Shown here: positions 1-10,677 of the stretch, one piece after another
Layout: each line of letters starts with the position of its first letter
Position numbering within the stretch: the stretch's first letter is position 1
Assembly: GCA_965237675.1 (NCBI GenBank)
Contig: OZ250150.1
Span: 2,912,001 to 2,976,000, forward strand
Length of the DNA: 64,000 bases
Reading direction: 5' to 3'
Source of the DNA: Candidatus Latescibacterota bacterium
GTDB lineage: Bacteria; Latescibacterota; UBA2968; GCA-2709665
Program-made: the position numbers and the translations under genes
The notes under the pieces: model-generated
What the model saw: only the letters and a program-made list of their open reading frames with translations
The model's database searches: none
What the model was told of the DNA's origin: nothing

Positions 1-325
1 CGTCCACAGAAGCCTTGCGACCGTGACTTGGCAGACACTGCAAAACAAGAGTGAGATCGTCCAATTGCGTGGGGAGTCTGTAAACGAGGATTTAGAACTC
101 CTAAAACACCATTGGAAGATGAAGAGGAAGGGATCCAGTGTATTCCTTAGAAGCTGCGGAAATTCACATCAATTGAGGATTATGAGTAATGCGCAGGCCG
201 AATTCGAAAAGTGGTTAAAAGACAAGGGCGAAACGGATTCGCATCCATATGATCCCTTTGAGTCACTCTTGAAGAACATACAGCATGAACAGAGATGGAA
301 TTCGGGCAGACGAACTATATCGTAA
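1..325 (+). CDS. Hypothetical protein, open at left edge; may be the frameshifted 5' part of 295..702
   Basis: Frame is open from position 2 to TAA at 325. AT-rich, overlaps the next ORF by 31 nt, no recognisable motif. Confidence 0.3.
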   Translation, partial: VHRSLATVTWQTLQNKSEIVQLRGESVNEDLELLKHHWKMKRKGSSVFLRSCGNSHQLRIMSNAQAEFEKWLKDKGETDSHPYDPFESLLKNIQHEQRWNSGRRTIS

Positions 326-702
326 AGTACGAGAGAACTGATGAATTGCGACGGGAAGGAGTCTCATTTGAAGAGTGTGAAGGGTTGCTGTCAGAAGAGT
401 CCAACAAATATCGGGAAAAACATGGATATCTGGAGTCAGAGATTCCATTTGATCCGTCTTTCGGAATCCAGGCCAGTCTTCCCATTCCTGAGCTTCTTTC
501 TGAGTTCAAGGATTTGAAGCGGGTCATTGACGACGGTGGAATTTCGATTAAAGACATCGCCCTCATAGTGATGTTTTGGAAACTGACTAAAACAAAGATC
601 ATTGGATTTATAGGAAAAAGGCGGTTCAAGAGGATTTCTACAATATTAAAAAAGCGCCTAAGGAGATATATCGACAGTAAGATAAACAAACTCGACGCAT
701 GA
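295..702 (+). CDS. Hypothetical protein (AT-rich)
   Basis: 135-aa ORF with protein-like composition in low-GC DNA; no motif recognised. Confidence 0.45.
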   Translation: MEFGQTNYIVKYERTDELRREGVSFEECEGLLSEESNKYREKHGYLESEIPFDPSFGIQASLPIPELLSEFKDLKRVIDDGGISIKDIALIVMFWKLTKTKIIGFIGKRRFKRISTILKKRLRRYIDSKINKLDA

Positions 703-973
703 CAGGGGTTTTCACGTTTTTGGAATTGTCCGGTTTTTAAAAACGCTCGGCAGTTTGGGTGTCAGTCTAAGTATTAATGAGATTGTGTAGAAGCTGACCC
801 CTTAAGCCGCAAAAACGCTCTCTTGCATCCGTTACACGGTCACAGCGTCATCGAGCTCGTTGTCCAATTGATGTGCTCCAGGCCGTCGGCGTCAAAATCC
901 CCGACCAATTCTACATGATGCGCTTACCTCCGCCCGAAAATTACCGATAAGATGAAATCTTAAGCACCCTGCT

Positions 974-2320
974 ATGATCAAACGACTAATTAAACATATC
1001 TTTATTGATGAAGAATGCGTTATTGCGAAACGCAAGAGGATAACTTGCGACAAATTATCAGCTATTCTAAGTATTGATCCTGAAGCCGGCAAGACCATTC
1101 GTGGTGGTGTTGGACATTTATTGGATAACCATATTAAATGGAGTCGTGCCAATGGAAAATATGAAATTTTGATATTTGAGGTCAAAAATCTAGAGATTCA
1201 TCTAGCGGCTAAAGAGAAAGAGTTTTACAATCAGGATATGGTAGAAATAAGGTATGGTTTCCGTGGTACAGCGGTAGTTTTACAATTTGAAGATTGTCGT
1301 TTTACCATAGATGATATCGACACTACACGGATTCACTTTTCGCCATTATTCTATCCGGTTGATAGTAGCAGCTCGTTTCGTTTCATTGAAAATGATATTA
1401 ACTGTAGTTTTTCTTTTCCTGATTATAGTGAGGTAACATTTATAGGAAATCAAGGTACACAAATTTCAATCCAACGACACTCTGTACTTCGCGAAACGTA
1501 TAAGTATGGCATTTCTTTAGAATTCAAGAAAAATAACATCAAGCGATTAGATTTGGATTTTCCTTTTCCAAGTGATTATCCGATATCTTGTTATTTCGCC
1601 GGCAGTAATAAAATCGCTGTCTTAATGTGGTCTCAGCTTATCGATAGCCGAAATTTCGATCCTTATGGTAATTTATCGAATTATGGCAGTACGGTTGATT
1701 TTGACTCATTTAAAATAGTTTTTCGTCGCAGTGAGCATATAGGCAAAACATTATTAAAGGCTCGTTATCTGAGACGCGGATATAGTAGCCTTTATTATGA
1801 TATGCGATATTTATTTCTGGTATTGAAAAATATCGCACGAATGAAAGATGATACTGAACAAATGTCGATTATTGGTAGTTATATTATGTTGATTGAATAT
1901 GCGCAAATAAAGTATGATTTCAAATATGAAGGATGGTATCGCTGTTATTCTGAATGGCAGAATTGGGTCTTATTAGGATGGCGCAAGATATCTTCGAATT
2001 ACTATATGTCCTGGCTTCGACCAACTATTTTCTTAGTTGGAGGTTATTTGTTTTTTAATTTAGCTCCTTTCTTGATTCTATGGTTACATGGACTACGCTT
2101 TGATTATATCGGGTATTGGGAATTTTGTCTTGCTAGCCCAACTACAATTCCTTTCTATACCACTACTTTAGAAACTATCTTGGGAAAAGACAGGTTTGGT
2201 GAACTTCTTTGGTTGGTTAAAGAAGTATGGTTTGACTTCCTAGGCATCCTTCGGATACTTTGGATGACCCTATGGGGATATGCATTAAAGAATGTACTTA
2301 GGGCGTATCGCATATTGTAG
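974..2320 (+). CDS. Low-GC membrane protein with C-terminal transmembrane region
   Basis: 448-aa ORF, very AT-rich. The C-terminal SSNYYMSWLRP motif followed by hydrophobic helices resembles the membrane tail of pentapeptide-repeat/channel-like proteins. Confidence 0.65.
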   Translation: MIKRLIKHIFIDEECVIAKRKRITCDKLSAILSIDPEAGKTIRGGVGHLLDNHIKWSRANGKYEILIFEVKNLEIHLAAKEKEFYNQDMVEIRYGFRGTAVVLQFEDCRFTIDDIDTTRIHFSPLFYPVDSSSSFRFIENDINCSFSFPDYSEVTFIGNQGTQISIQRHSVLRETYKYGISLEFKKNNIKRLDLDFPFPSDYPISCYFAGSNKIAVLMWSQLIDSRNFDPYGNLSNYGSTVDFDSFKIVFRRSEHIGKTLLKARYLRRGYSSLYYDMRYLFLVLKNIARMKDDTEQMSIIGSYIMLIEYAQIKYDFKYEGWYRCYSEWQNWVLLGWRKISSNYYMSWLRPTIFLVGGYLFFNLAPFLILWLHGLRFDYIGYWEFCLASPTTIPFYTTTLETILGKDRFGELLWLVKEVWFDFLGILRILWMTLWGYALKNVLRAYRIL

Positions 2321-2748
2321 GAAGATTACTTTCATCAAGACACAGAATGCTTAAGCCCCCTGTGACAAACAATCCCAAGGGGCTGTTTACTTGATCTCCA
2401 AATAGCACCTATTGTCCTCCAACCGCTACCAATCCCCAAATAATCTTTAGTAGAGGAGAACGGCCATGGCTAATGGCAATGGATTGTGGAGGACAAATAT
2501 TGACGAATATTCATGCGAGTGAGGAAAAAGCCTTTGACGTGTGGGGTCGTCACAAAGTGCAACCCAATAGCCGTCACTGTCGCATTTTGCGTCACTTTCT
2601 CAGGCAACCGGATGCACGCTGGCATCGGCCCAATCAAACTGAGGCCGCGCGATCCCTGTAATCTGAAGAAGGTCGACGATAACGTGCACGGCACGGGGAG
2701 ATGGACAGTTCCCGTCCGAGTCTGATTTGAAAGGAGTAACTGAACGAA

Positions 2749-4749
2749 ATGGCTCCACGAATGAAGAAGACCGAACACGAAGAGCCTATGGATCCCTTTT
2801 CGGAACTGACGTGGGACGATCTGGAGGAATGGGCCGGCAATCGCATCGTCGCTCGAGGTCGGTCCTATACGAGAAAAGGGGCTGTTAGGGATTTGAAACG
2901 GGCCGAAGACGGGGCCCTGATAGCCTGGGTGCTGGGTAGCCATCGCTACGCCACCAGGGTGAGCGTCGAGGGAAGAAAGGACCTGATATCCGGATGTACC
3001 TGTCCCTACTGGACGACGTGTAAACACGCGGTGGCTGTCGTGGTGGAATATCTGGAGATGGCAAAGACCGGAACTGCCGTCGGCCGGGTTGAGGCTGACG
3101 ATCCGCGCCTTGAGGAGTTGGACGCAATCACGGAAAACGATGAGGAGCCGCTGAAATTCGACGGGGAGGACCTGGAAGAGGAGCCCGGCGAGACACTTTC
3201 CGAAAGCATCGGGACCGGGCAATCCCGGAGTTCTTCTTTGCGTACGTACCTGCAGGAGCATACTCGGGCCGAACTTGTGGACCTGCTGCTGGAACTCGCC
3301 GAAACACACGACGAGGTGCGCCGGTCGCTTGAGGACCGCCACAACCTGACCTCGGGGCAGACCCACAAAGTTCTGCAAAGGATACGCTCCGAGATCGCAG
3401 CCATGGAAGAACCCGTATGGGAAAGTGACGATTACGGGTTCCAATCGGCCAGTACAGAGCGCCTCAAAGCGATGCTGCAGGCGCTGGTGGCAGCTGGACA
3501 GGTTGACGCGGCGGTGCAACTGGGACCGGAACTGCTGGCCGCGGGCAGCCGGGCGCTGCAGTACGAGCACGATGGACAGTCAAGCGAAGCGATCGGCGCC
3601 TGCCTCGACGTTCTTTTTGGGGCCCTGGATAGAACTTCCATGTCACCCGCGGACCGGATCGAATGGGTTCTGGACATGGCCCTGGCAGACGAGTACGAAC
3701 TTTGCTGCCACGGATTGGAAAACTTCTCGGATAAAGACTATGCGAAAAACGATTGGTCTGCGGTGTGCGACCGCTTAACGCAGCGTCTCGACGCCCGCGA
3801 GCAACCTCCCCGAGATGATGAGCTTTCGCGTGACTACAAGCGGGATCTGATCGCCGACTGGCTCATTCACGCCCTGGAAAAGGCTGGTAGGCGGAACGAG
3901 ATTATTCCTCTGTGCAAGCGCGAAGCCCCCATCACCTTCAGTTACAATCGCCTGGTGGATCGTGTGATCGCCGAGCGCGCGTGGGACGAAGCGCGGCACT
4001 GGTGCCGGCAGGGGCTTGAGGCGAATCCCGACCGGTTTGCAGGCCTGCACGCCGCGCTTCGAGAGCAACTGCAGACAATCAACCTGCGCAGCGGCAATCC
4101 ACTCGCCGGGCTGGCCATACAGGCGGAGGAGTTTTTCGCCAGACCCAGCTCAGAGGATTTTCAGGCTTTGTGCAATGCCGCCCGCGGGCTGGGCGTTGGC
4201 GAGGGCGTCGAGGCGTGGGGCCGGCACTATCTGCAAACCGGCCTGCGCCCTCGCAGCACCAGGAAACGCAAGCGCGACCCGGAGATGGAATGGCCCCTGC
4301 CCGCTCCGGAAGTCGAAATGCCGGCGCCGCCCGGCAAAAAAAAGGCGCCTATGGTCGACGAGTTGATCCGCCTGGCCATTGCCGAGAAGAAGCCGAATGA
4401 GGTTGTGAAGTGGTACGACGATTCCCGCCGGACCAGGACTGAGCACTGGATGCGTGACGCCTCCCTCGACGACGAGGTGGCCGACGCCATCGCGTCCACT
4501 CATCCAGACCGGGCGGTGTCAATTTGGAAAGACCTGGCGGAGCAGCTGGTCGCCCTGGTGAAGCCGAGGGCGTACCAGGATGCGGTTCCGTATCTGCGCA
4601 AAGCCAGAAACGTGCTTACCCGGTCGAGCCGCGAGGGGGAGTGGCAAGAGTACCTCACAGCATTGAGACAGCAGAACAAGCGCAGGCCCCGATGCCTGGA
4701 GGAACTGGATCGGCTGGAGGATGGTCGCCGGCGAATTATGGACGGCTAA
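2749..4749 (+). CDS. SWIM zinc-finger domain protein with long helical C-terminus
   Basis: ARGRSY...VLGSHRY...CTCPYWTTCKH (CxC-xn-CxH SWIM motif); AAGGAG RBS upstream. Confidence 0.85.
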   Translation: MAPRMKKTEHEEPMDPFSELTWDDLEEWAGNRIVARGRSYTRKGAVRDLKRAEDGALIAWVLGSHRYATRVSVEGRKDLISGCTCPYWTTCKHAVAVVVEYLEMAKTGTAVGRVEADDPRLEELDAITENDEEPLKFDGEDLEEEPGETLSESIGTGQSRSSSLRTYLQEHTRAELVDLLLELAETHDEVRRSLEDRHNLTSGQTHKVLQRIRSEIAAMEEPVWESDDYGFQSASTERLKAMLQALVAAGQVDAAVQLGPELLAAGSRALQYEHDGQSSEAIGACLDVLFGALDRTSMSPADRIEWVLDMALADEYELCCHGLENFSDKDYAKNDWSAVCDRLTQRLDAREQPPRDDELSRDYKRDLIADWLIHALEKAGRRNEIIPLCKREAPITFSYNRLVDRVIAERAWDEARHWCRQGLEANPDRFAGLHAALREQLQTINLRSGNPLAGLAIQAEEFFARPSSEDFQALCNAARGLGVGEGVEAWGRHYLQTGLRPRSTRKRKRDPEMEWPLPAPEVEMPAPPGKKKAPMVDELIRLAIAEKKPNEVVKWYDDSRRTRTEHWMRDASLDDEVADAIASTHPDRAVSIWKDLAEQLVALVKPRAYQDAVPYLRKARNVLTRSSREGEWQEYLTALRQQNKRRPRCLEELDRLEDGRRRIMDG

Positions 4750-5016
4750 GCCAGTTCCGAACGATCATGACGGCCCGTTGCCGCTACGGAGAAAATGGAA
4801 CAGGCCGTAGCCGATGCCATACCATTGGGGCGGGGGTATCAAGTGCCCGGCAAAGATCATCGCGTCGACTTCCGTGATCGGAAAGTTCACAGGCATTCCG
4901 GTGTACTTTTGTAGCTTGCAATAGACGCGTCGCACGCTCCGTTTGAGACACGGCTTTTTCATGCGGCAGTCTGATTGGAACCTTCCCTTATTTCGACCTG
5001 ATGGAGAACATCCTCT

Positions 5017-5130
5017 ATGACCGACGAATGGAGCGCGGAAGCCGCCGGAGCATTACTTGAAGCATTTCATCAGCATTTCCTGCCCCGTCCGGAGCGCTCG
5101 ATCAAGTTCGGAGTCGACCACACCCAATGA
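5017..5130 (+). pseudogene. 37-aa N-terminal stub of a PD-(D/E)XK nuclease paralogous to the gene starting at 7388
   Basis: MTDEWSAEAAGALLEAFHQHFLPRPERS vs MNEEWNPLAATALLDAFRQQVPKRSERP (14/28 identical, ungapped). GGAG RBS; stop overlaps the next start (ATGA 5127-5130). Confidence 0.75.
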
Positions 5131-6680
5131 ACGTCGAGGACCGTCTGCTGCTGTCCGGCCGCAACCTTCTCGGCAGTCTGTCGCGCGACGACGGCTACCT
5201 GCCGTACTGGCACATGGCCGTCGACGGGGAGCTGGGCGCCATGTACCAGTTTCGGCCATACTGCACCGGCCACAACGTCGGACGCTGGTGGAACACAATG
5301 CTGCGGCTCGAGCGCGCCGCCGGCTTCGAGATCCCCGTAGAGATGGAAGCGGCGATGCTGGAGAACAGCCGGCGCCTGTCCAACAACGCCAGCGGCATCT
5401 TCCTCGAGGACGTCGACCCCCGGGACCCGGCGACTTGGTACATCCACTCCTACCGCGAGACCATGCTGTCCGTCGGACTGCTTGTCGAATGCCGCGGCAG
5501 CGGCCGCGCCGCCGAGTGGGGCCACCGGGCGATCGAGGGGATGAGCCGCGCCAGCCGGGACCTGATGGAGTGGAGGTTCTCGTTCGACGGCGGACCTGTG
5601 CGGGCAAAGCACGGCAACAGCGCCGCCCCGGCCTACACCCACGGCCGCGCCATCGAAGGCCTGCTCTGTTTCCACGCGGCCACCGGTGAGCCGTTCGCCC
5701 TCGAGGAAGCGGAGCGCCTGGCCGATTTCCACTTCGGATACCTGCTGAACGCGGACGGCAGCCTCGCCGGGGGCTGCGGCCACCACACCCACTCGTACCT
5801 CAACACCCTCCGCGGCCTGCTGATGCTGGCCGCGCTCCTGGGTTCGCGCGAACGCCAGGAGCTGATATACAAGACCTACCGGGAGGCCGTATCCGGGATG
5901 ATCACCCACTCAGGGTTCGTCACCCACGACATCGGCGACCGCTACGGCGGCGACATCGCCTCGGCCGGGGACATCGCCCACATCGCCCTGTTGCTGTGGG
6001 ACCTGTTCGCCGACCCCGGACTGCTCGACGATGCCGAGCGCATCGCGCGGGCCCGGCTGTTCCCGGCGCAGGTGCGGGAACCGGTTCCGATCCGGCCTGC
6101 CCAAGCAGCCGACTCCCGCGACTGCTACCGCGACCTCCCCAACCGTTTCGTGGGCGCCATCGGCGGCTCGGTAGGCCACGTCAGCGGCCAGACCTGCGTC
6201 ACCGATTTCACCGCCGCTGCCCTGCACAGCCTTATCGAGCTCTGGACCCGGACCGTCGACGTCGAGGGAGAGATCGTCCGCGTCAACTTCCACTTCGACC
6301 GCGAGCTGCCGGAGGTGGGGGTGAGGGCGGAGCGCGACGAAAACGGGGGCCGGGTCACCGTGGTCAACCGAACCGGAAAGGAGCTGCGGCTGCGTTTCCC
6401 GGGCTGGGCCGATGAGGGGACCTGCTCGGTTACCGTCGACGGGCGGCCTGTCGAGGCAACGGTGGAGAACGGATTCGTGGTGGTGGCGCAGGGTGAAGGG
6501 GCTACGACCAGCGAGCTGCGCTTCGCTGTTCCCGAGTACGAGGAGGAGGAGCTGTCGCGGGACGAGTCCGCCGAAGAAGAGACGGTGACCTTTCGCTGGC
6601 GCGGCGACGAGATCGCCGACGTCAGCAGCGGCGGGCCCTACATGGAGCCGCATCCTGCATTGTGCCAGTCGCTGCTGTAG
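5127..6680 (+). CDS. Probable six-hairpin glycosidase-like (GH127-like) protein
   Basis: 517 aa, strong GC3 bias. Helical core plus C-terminal LRLRFPGWA..V.VDG beta-sandwich typical of GH127/GH146; canonical catalytic Cys motifs not clearly seen. Confidence 0.5.
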   Translation: MNVEDRLLLSGRNLLGSLSRDDGYLPYWHMAVDGELGAMYQFRPYCTGHNVGRWWNTMLRLERAAGFEIPVEMEAAMLENSRRLSNNASGIFLEDVDPRDPATWYIHSYRETMLSVGLLVECRGSGRAAEWGHRAIEGMSRASRDLMEWRFSFDGGPVRAKHGNSAAPAYTHGRAIEGLLCFHAATGEPFALEEAERLADFHFGYLLNADGSLAGGCGHHTHSYLNTLRGLLMLAALLGSRERQELIYKTYREAVSGMITHSGFVTHDIGDRYGGDIASAGDIAHIALLLWDLFADPGLLDDAERIARARLFPAQVREPVPIRPAQAADSRDCYRDLPNRFVGAIGGSVGHVSGQTCVTDFTAAALHSLIELWTRTVDVEGEIVRVNFHFDRELPEVGVRAERDENGGRVTVVNRTGKELRLRFPGWADEGTCSVTVDGRPVEATVENGFVVVAQGEGATTSELRFAVPEYEEEELSRDESAEEETVTFRWRGDEIADVSSGGPYMEPHPALCQSLL

Positions 6681-6998
6681 GGAGGTTGCCGGGGGCCTGG
6701 TGCCGCCTGGCGGATTGGTTCGCCCGATAGAAGGGTGATCGGCAGGCGGAAGGGTGTCCCGAAGCCAGCCTCTCCCGCTGAGTGAGCACAAGGCAGCGTC
6801 GCTTACCTGGGAACGCGGTTCGGAAAGCAAATAGGCGGGAAGCGGTCCTGGAGGGGCCGCGGATTCGTCCGTTCCTTTCGCCGAACCAGTCGCCACACCG
6901 GGGGACCGCGACTCACTCCAGGCAGTTGAACATCGTCGTGATGCTCCGAACATCCCGGGAAAGCGCAACAGCTCCGGGTCCTGAGCGCGGGCTGGACG

Positions 6999-7253
6999 TC
7001 GACCCATCCCGATCGTGCGGTGGCAATCTGGAAGGAATTGGCGGAGAAGCAGATCGCCCGGGTAAAGCCGAGGGCGTACCAGGAGGCGGTTCCATATCTG
7101 CGCAAGGTCAGAGATGTACTCACTCTGTCACGTCGCGAGGGGGAATGGCAAGAGTACCTGGCCGTCTTGAGACAGAAGAACAGTCGCAGGCCCCGATGCC
7201 TGGAGGAGTTGGATCGTTTGGAGGGTGGCCGCCGGCGAATTATGGACAGTTAA
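6999..7253 (+). pseudogene. Diverged duplicate of the last 84 codons of the SWIM protein
   Basis: STHPDRAVAIWKELAE...RRRIMDS vs STHPDRAVSIWKDLAE...RRRIMDG (67/84 identical); DNA similarity continues ~15-30 nt past the stop. Confidence 0.85.
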
Positions 7254-8096
7254 GCCAGGTCCGAACCTTAACGACGTCCCCGCCAGCCCCAGTTAGCGAA
7301 CGCTCATCCCAAAACGACCCGTCTGCAACTCTGGTCGGCAGTCTGTTTAGTACAATCTTTTTTACCTACCTTATGAAGGAGGACCCAATGAACGAAGAGT
7401 GGAACCCGTTAGCCGCCACGGCACTTCTTGATGCATTTCGTCAACAGGTGCCGAAACGCTCCGAGCGCCCGCAGACCGTCATGGAAATTTCCGGTTACCC
7501 CCACTACGAGAATGTGTGCAGCAATATTCTCGCTTTCTTCTTTGATCCCGGCAAGCCGCACGGTCTTGGAACGCTGTTTCTGGATTCTCTCGCACGGATT
7601 GGCGGAATCGAGGATCAAGGCGCCTCTCTCGGCGGCGATGTCGAGATTCACCGAGAAGTACACACCGGTGGCGGAAATTTCATCGATATCCTTATAAAGA
7701 CTGGTAGTTATGCCATTGTGATCGAAAACAAGATTTTCGCGGGTGCTGATTACAATCCATTGGACGACTACGCGAAGCACATCAGTACTCTGGATCAACC
7801 CAACAAGTGCAAGTTTCTTCTGACTCTAAAACCTATCGCGGAAGATATCGAAAACCAAATCGAGAAGCATGGGTTCCTTAACATTACCTATTGTAAGCTG
7901 ATTTCGAAAATCCGTGGCCGGCTTGGCCATTACGTTGCAGGAGCGGATACCCGGTATCTCACATTTGTGCTCGATTTTCTAAATACACTTGACAATTTGC
8001 TGGAGGGTAGGGTAATGAACATGGAATTAGCGGAATTTCTGGCTAAAGATAACAACTCTGGGGAAGTAGCGCGCATGTTTCATGAGATCGAAACAT

Positions 8097-9910
8097 GAGT
8101 CCACTCCGAAAAGTCGAGTTTACTTATTGAGGAAAAAGTACTAAATTTCAAGGTGAGAAGAGGTTTCAAAGTTGCGGACGTATAAAGGAAAAAGCGAGGG
8201 TATAGAATCAATGTATAAGAGAAGCGCGTCATGCAGCCAACCGGATCTGTTTTCGGGCTTCGAGTCGCATTTCAAGAGGCGCAAGCAGGACCAGTTGAAT
8301 GATCCGAAGTCGTGGCATAATCTGTTTTACCAGCACGTCACGTCAAAGATAGAAGAGGATGTGTTTTCGGTGTTGTTTGATCCCAACCAAGGCCGCCCCA
8401 ATGCGCCGATTCGTCACCTGGTGTCGATGATGATCTTGAAGGAGGGCTTTGGGTGGAGCGATGCCCAACTATTCGAGCATTGTCGGTTCAACATCCTGGT
8501 GATGCGGGCATTGGGGTTGATGAATCTATGCGATGAAGTGCCTGCGGAGTCCACGTATTATTTGTTCAAGCAGGCCTTGTATGCGGATCAACTCGAAGCC
8601 GGTCGAGATCTGATTGGAGAGACCTTTTCCAGCTTGACACAGACGCAGGCCAACGCCTTTGGTGTATTAGGTCAGCACATCCGAATGGACAGTAAGTTGA
8701 TCGGCTCTAACATTGCCCTGTGTTGTCGGTTGCAGTTGGTGGTGCGTTGCTTACAAGGGTTCTGGGGGTCGCTGGACAAGGCCCAAAAGCGACGATCATC
8801 GGCAAAAAATCAGCAGGTTTTGGACGGATTGCTGAAGGTGAAGGCGCATCAGGTTGTCTATGGTCTCACCCGCGCTGAAAAGTGTGAGAAGCTGCAGGAA
8901 TGCGGGCAGTTATTGAGCAGGCTTCAAGCGACCTATACCGACGAAGACAGCGGTCACTACGGTCTGATCGTGCGTGTTATGGGGGATCAATATACCGTTT
9001 TATCGTCCTCCAAACAGGTGCTTCCGAAGCCTCCTAAAGAGATCTCCTCATCCTCCTTGCAGTCTGCCGATGATGAAGATGCGACCTTTCGCAGGAAAGG
9101 GAAGGACAAGGTGAAAGGATACAGTGTCAACCTCACCGAGACCTGTGGTGAGGACGGCCTCAATTTGATCACGGACGTTGACGTCAAACCGGCGACGACG
9201 CCCGACAATGCGTTTGTACAAGCGGCCATCGAGCGGACGCAACAGGTCGTGGGTGACGCCTTGGAAGTGTCAATGGATGGGGCCTATAATGATCAATCCA
9301 ACGCCGAGTATGCAAAAGAACAGGACAAGCAATTCTATTACAGTGGCCTGCAAGGAACCCCAGGACGTTTCATTTATGAACGCACAGAAGATGGCGTCAC
9401 CGTCATCGATCAACAAACCGGAGAGGTTCACATAGCCCAAGAATACAAACCGGGAAAATACAAAATCATCATGGATGGCAAACCCCGATACTTTAAAGAA
9501 CAGCACATCGACAATTACCTCAAACGCAAACAGATTGAAGCCCTGCCTGACCACATCAGAAACCGACGCAATAACGTCGAAGCCAGCATCTTTCAGTTGA
9601 GCTACTACACCAAAGATGGCAAGACGCGCTATCGCGGACTGAGGCCACACCAATTGTGGGCGCACTGTCGCGGCTTATGGGTCAACCTCGTTCGGATCAA
9701 GAACTACCTCGCAACACCTCCGATGCTCCCCGCATAAGGGGGGGTTTCTTGCAAAAACCTCCATACCATAGGCCCTGAGCAACTTCGTAGGTTGCCCCTG
9801 AGTTGATTTGCCGCACCTACACGTTATATCGTCGCCACACGCTAAATCACAATACCCAACCCTGACCACTTACATCAGGCCTTTATAACCCCCGTTTTCG
9901 GAGGGGACTC
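8097..9910 (+). mobile_element. Insertion sequence (DDE, IS1182/IS5-like), 1814 bp
   Basis: TIRs GAGTCCACTCCGAAAA / GAGTCCCCTCCGAAAA (rc); 6-bp target duplication AAACAT at 8091-8096 and 9911-9916. Confidence 0.92.
8211..9737 (+). CDS. DDE transposase (DUF772-like N-terminus)
   Basis: GRPNAP..MILKE, RMDSK, SMDGAY, RNNVEA, TRYRG motifs; intact ORF between the TIRs. Confidence 0.88.
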   Translation: MYKRSASCSQPDLFSGFESHFKRRKQDQLNDPKSWHNLFYQHVTSKIEEDVFSVLFDPNQGRPNAPIRHLVSMMILKEGFGWSDAQLFEHCRFNILVMRALGLMNLCDEVPAESTYYLFKQALYADQLEAGRDLIGETFSSLTQTQANAFGVLGQHIRMDSKLIGSNIALCCRLQLVVRCLQGFWGSLDKAQKRRSSAKNQQVLDGLLKVKAHQVVYGLTRAEKCEKLQECGQLLSRLQATYTDEDSGHYGLIVRVMGDQYTVLSSSKQVLPKPPKEISSSSLQSADDEDATFRRKGKDKVKGYSVNLTETCGEDGLNLITDVDVKPATTPDNAFVQAAIERTQQVVGDALEVSMDGAYNDQSNAEYAKEQDKQFYYSGLQGTPGRFIYERTEDGVTVIDQQTGEVHIAQEYKPGKYKIIMDGKPRYFKEQHIDNYLKRKQIEALPDHIRNRRNNVEASIFQLSYYTKDGKTRYRGLRPHQLWAHCRGLWVNLVRIKNYLATPPMLPA

Positions 9911-10677
9911 AAACATGCAATCATGAACTCCGCAAAAAGGTTTCGGATCTTGGGGCAATTCTAAAGGATGTTGCCGCCTTTGAAAATGTAGACCAGTGGA
10001 AGTACAGATCGAAGTTTTCCCTTTATGACAGCCTCGTACACGTTATAGACCGTTCTCCGTTTAATAACAAGATTTCAGTGGACACGATTATTGAACCTGG
10101 AGGTTGGAAGATCCACATATTTCTCCGTGGCAAATCTGTCAGTTCCGATAATCTGCAAGAATTGCGAAATCTGCTTAAGGAGTGGCAATTTGAAGAGCCT
10201 GATGAAAAAGAGAGTGGTGTTTTCATCTTGACAGAAACCTTCATCTATGACGAAGTGGATCTGGAAAAAATCGCTTGCCTGGTCCGAACGGTCGTAAAAA
10301 GGCTCGCCAACAGCGACGGCGCTTCATAGGCAGGGCCCATAGTCACGGATGGCTGCATCGGATACCGCGTGTTTGCCGAAGTGTCTAGAAAAAAATCGTC
10401 AAAACTGCCATTGACTCACACGGTCCTCAAATGTTGGCACTTGCACGTCGAAGGTTAAATGGACAGAAAACTCAAACACAGACGCCAAGACACAGAGGGG
10501 AAACCCGAAAAATGAGACTGTAGCAATTTGCGATACCTTCCAAATACGGGTTACGATTTCGATGATCGGGATCTTTGTTGGGGCGGTTCGCGAACTGCCC
10601 TGCGCTTGTGTGGTCGACGCGGACGCGATGTTCTCTGTCGTATTCACGCGGTTCCTCGATAATGCCCGTATTCCGCC

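Larger units (their letters stand above)
7388..10329 (+). pseudogene. PD-(D/E)XK nuclease family protein (373 aa reconstructed) split by IS
   Basis: ENVCSNILAFFFDP..HGLG, REV..IDILI..IVIENK motifs. Removing the IS and one AAACAT joins HEIET-CNHELRKK in frame with the ORF ending at 10329. Confidence 0.85.

Noticed and set aside
2450-2740. Short ORFs after a GAGGAG RBS upstream of SWIM
   Set aside because: Only 18 codons in the RBS frame, and the overlapping ORFs lack motifs.
6782-7387. N-terminal extension of the 438-aa ORF
   Set aside because: It runs out of frame across the SWIM duplicate. The real start is 7388, supported by the AAGGAGGA RBS and homology to the 5017 stub.
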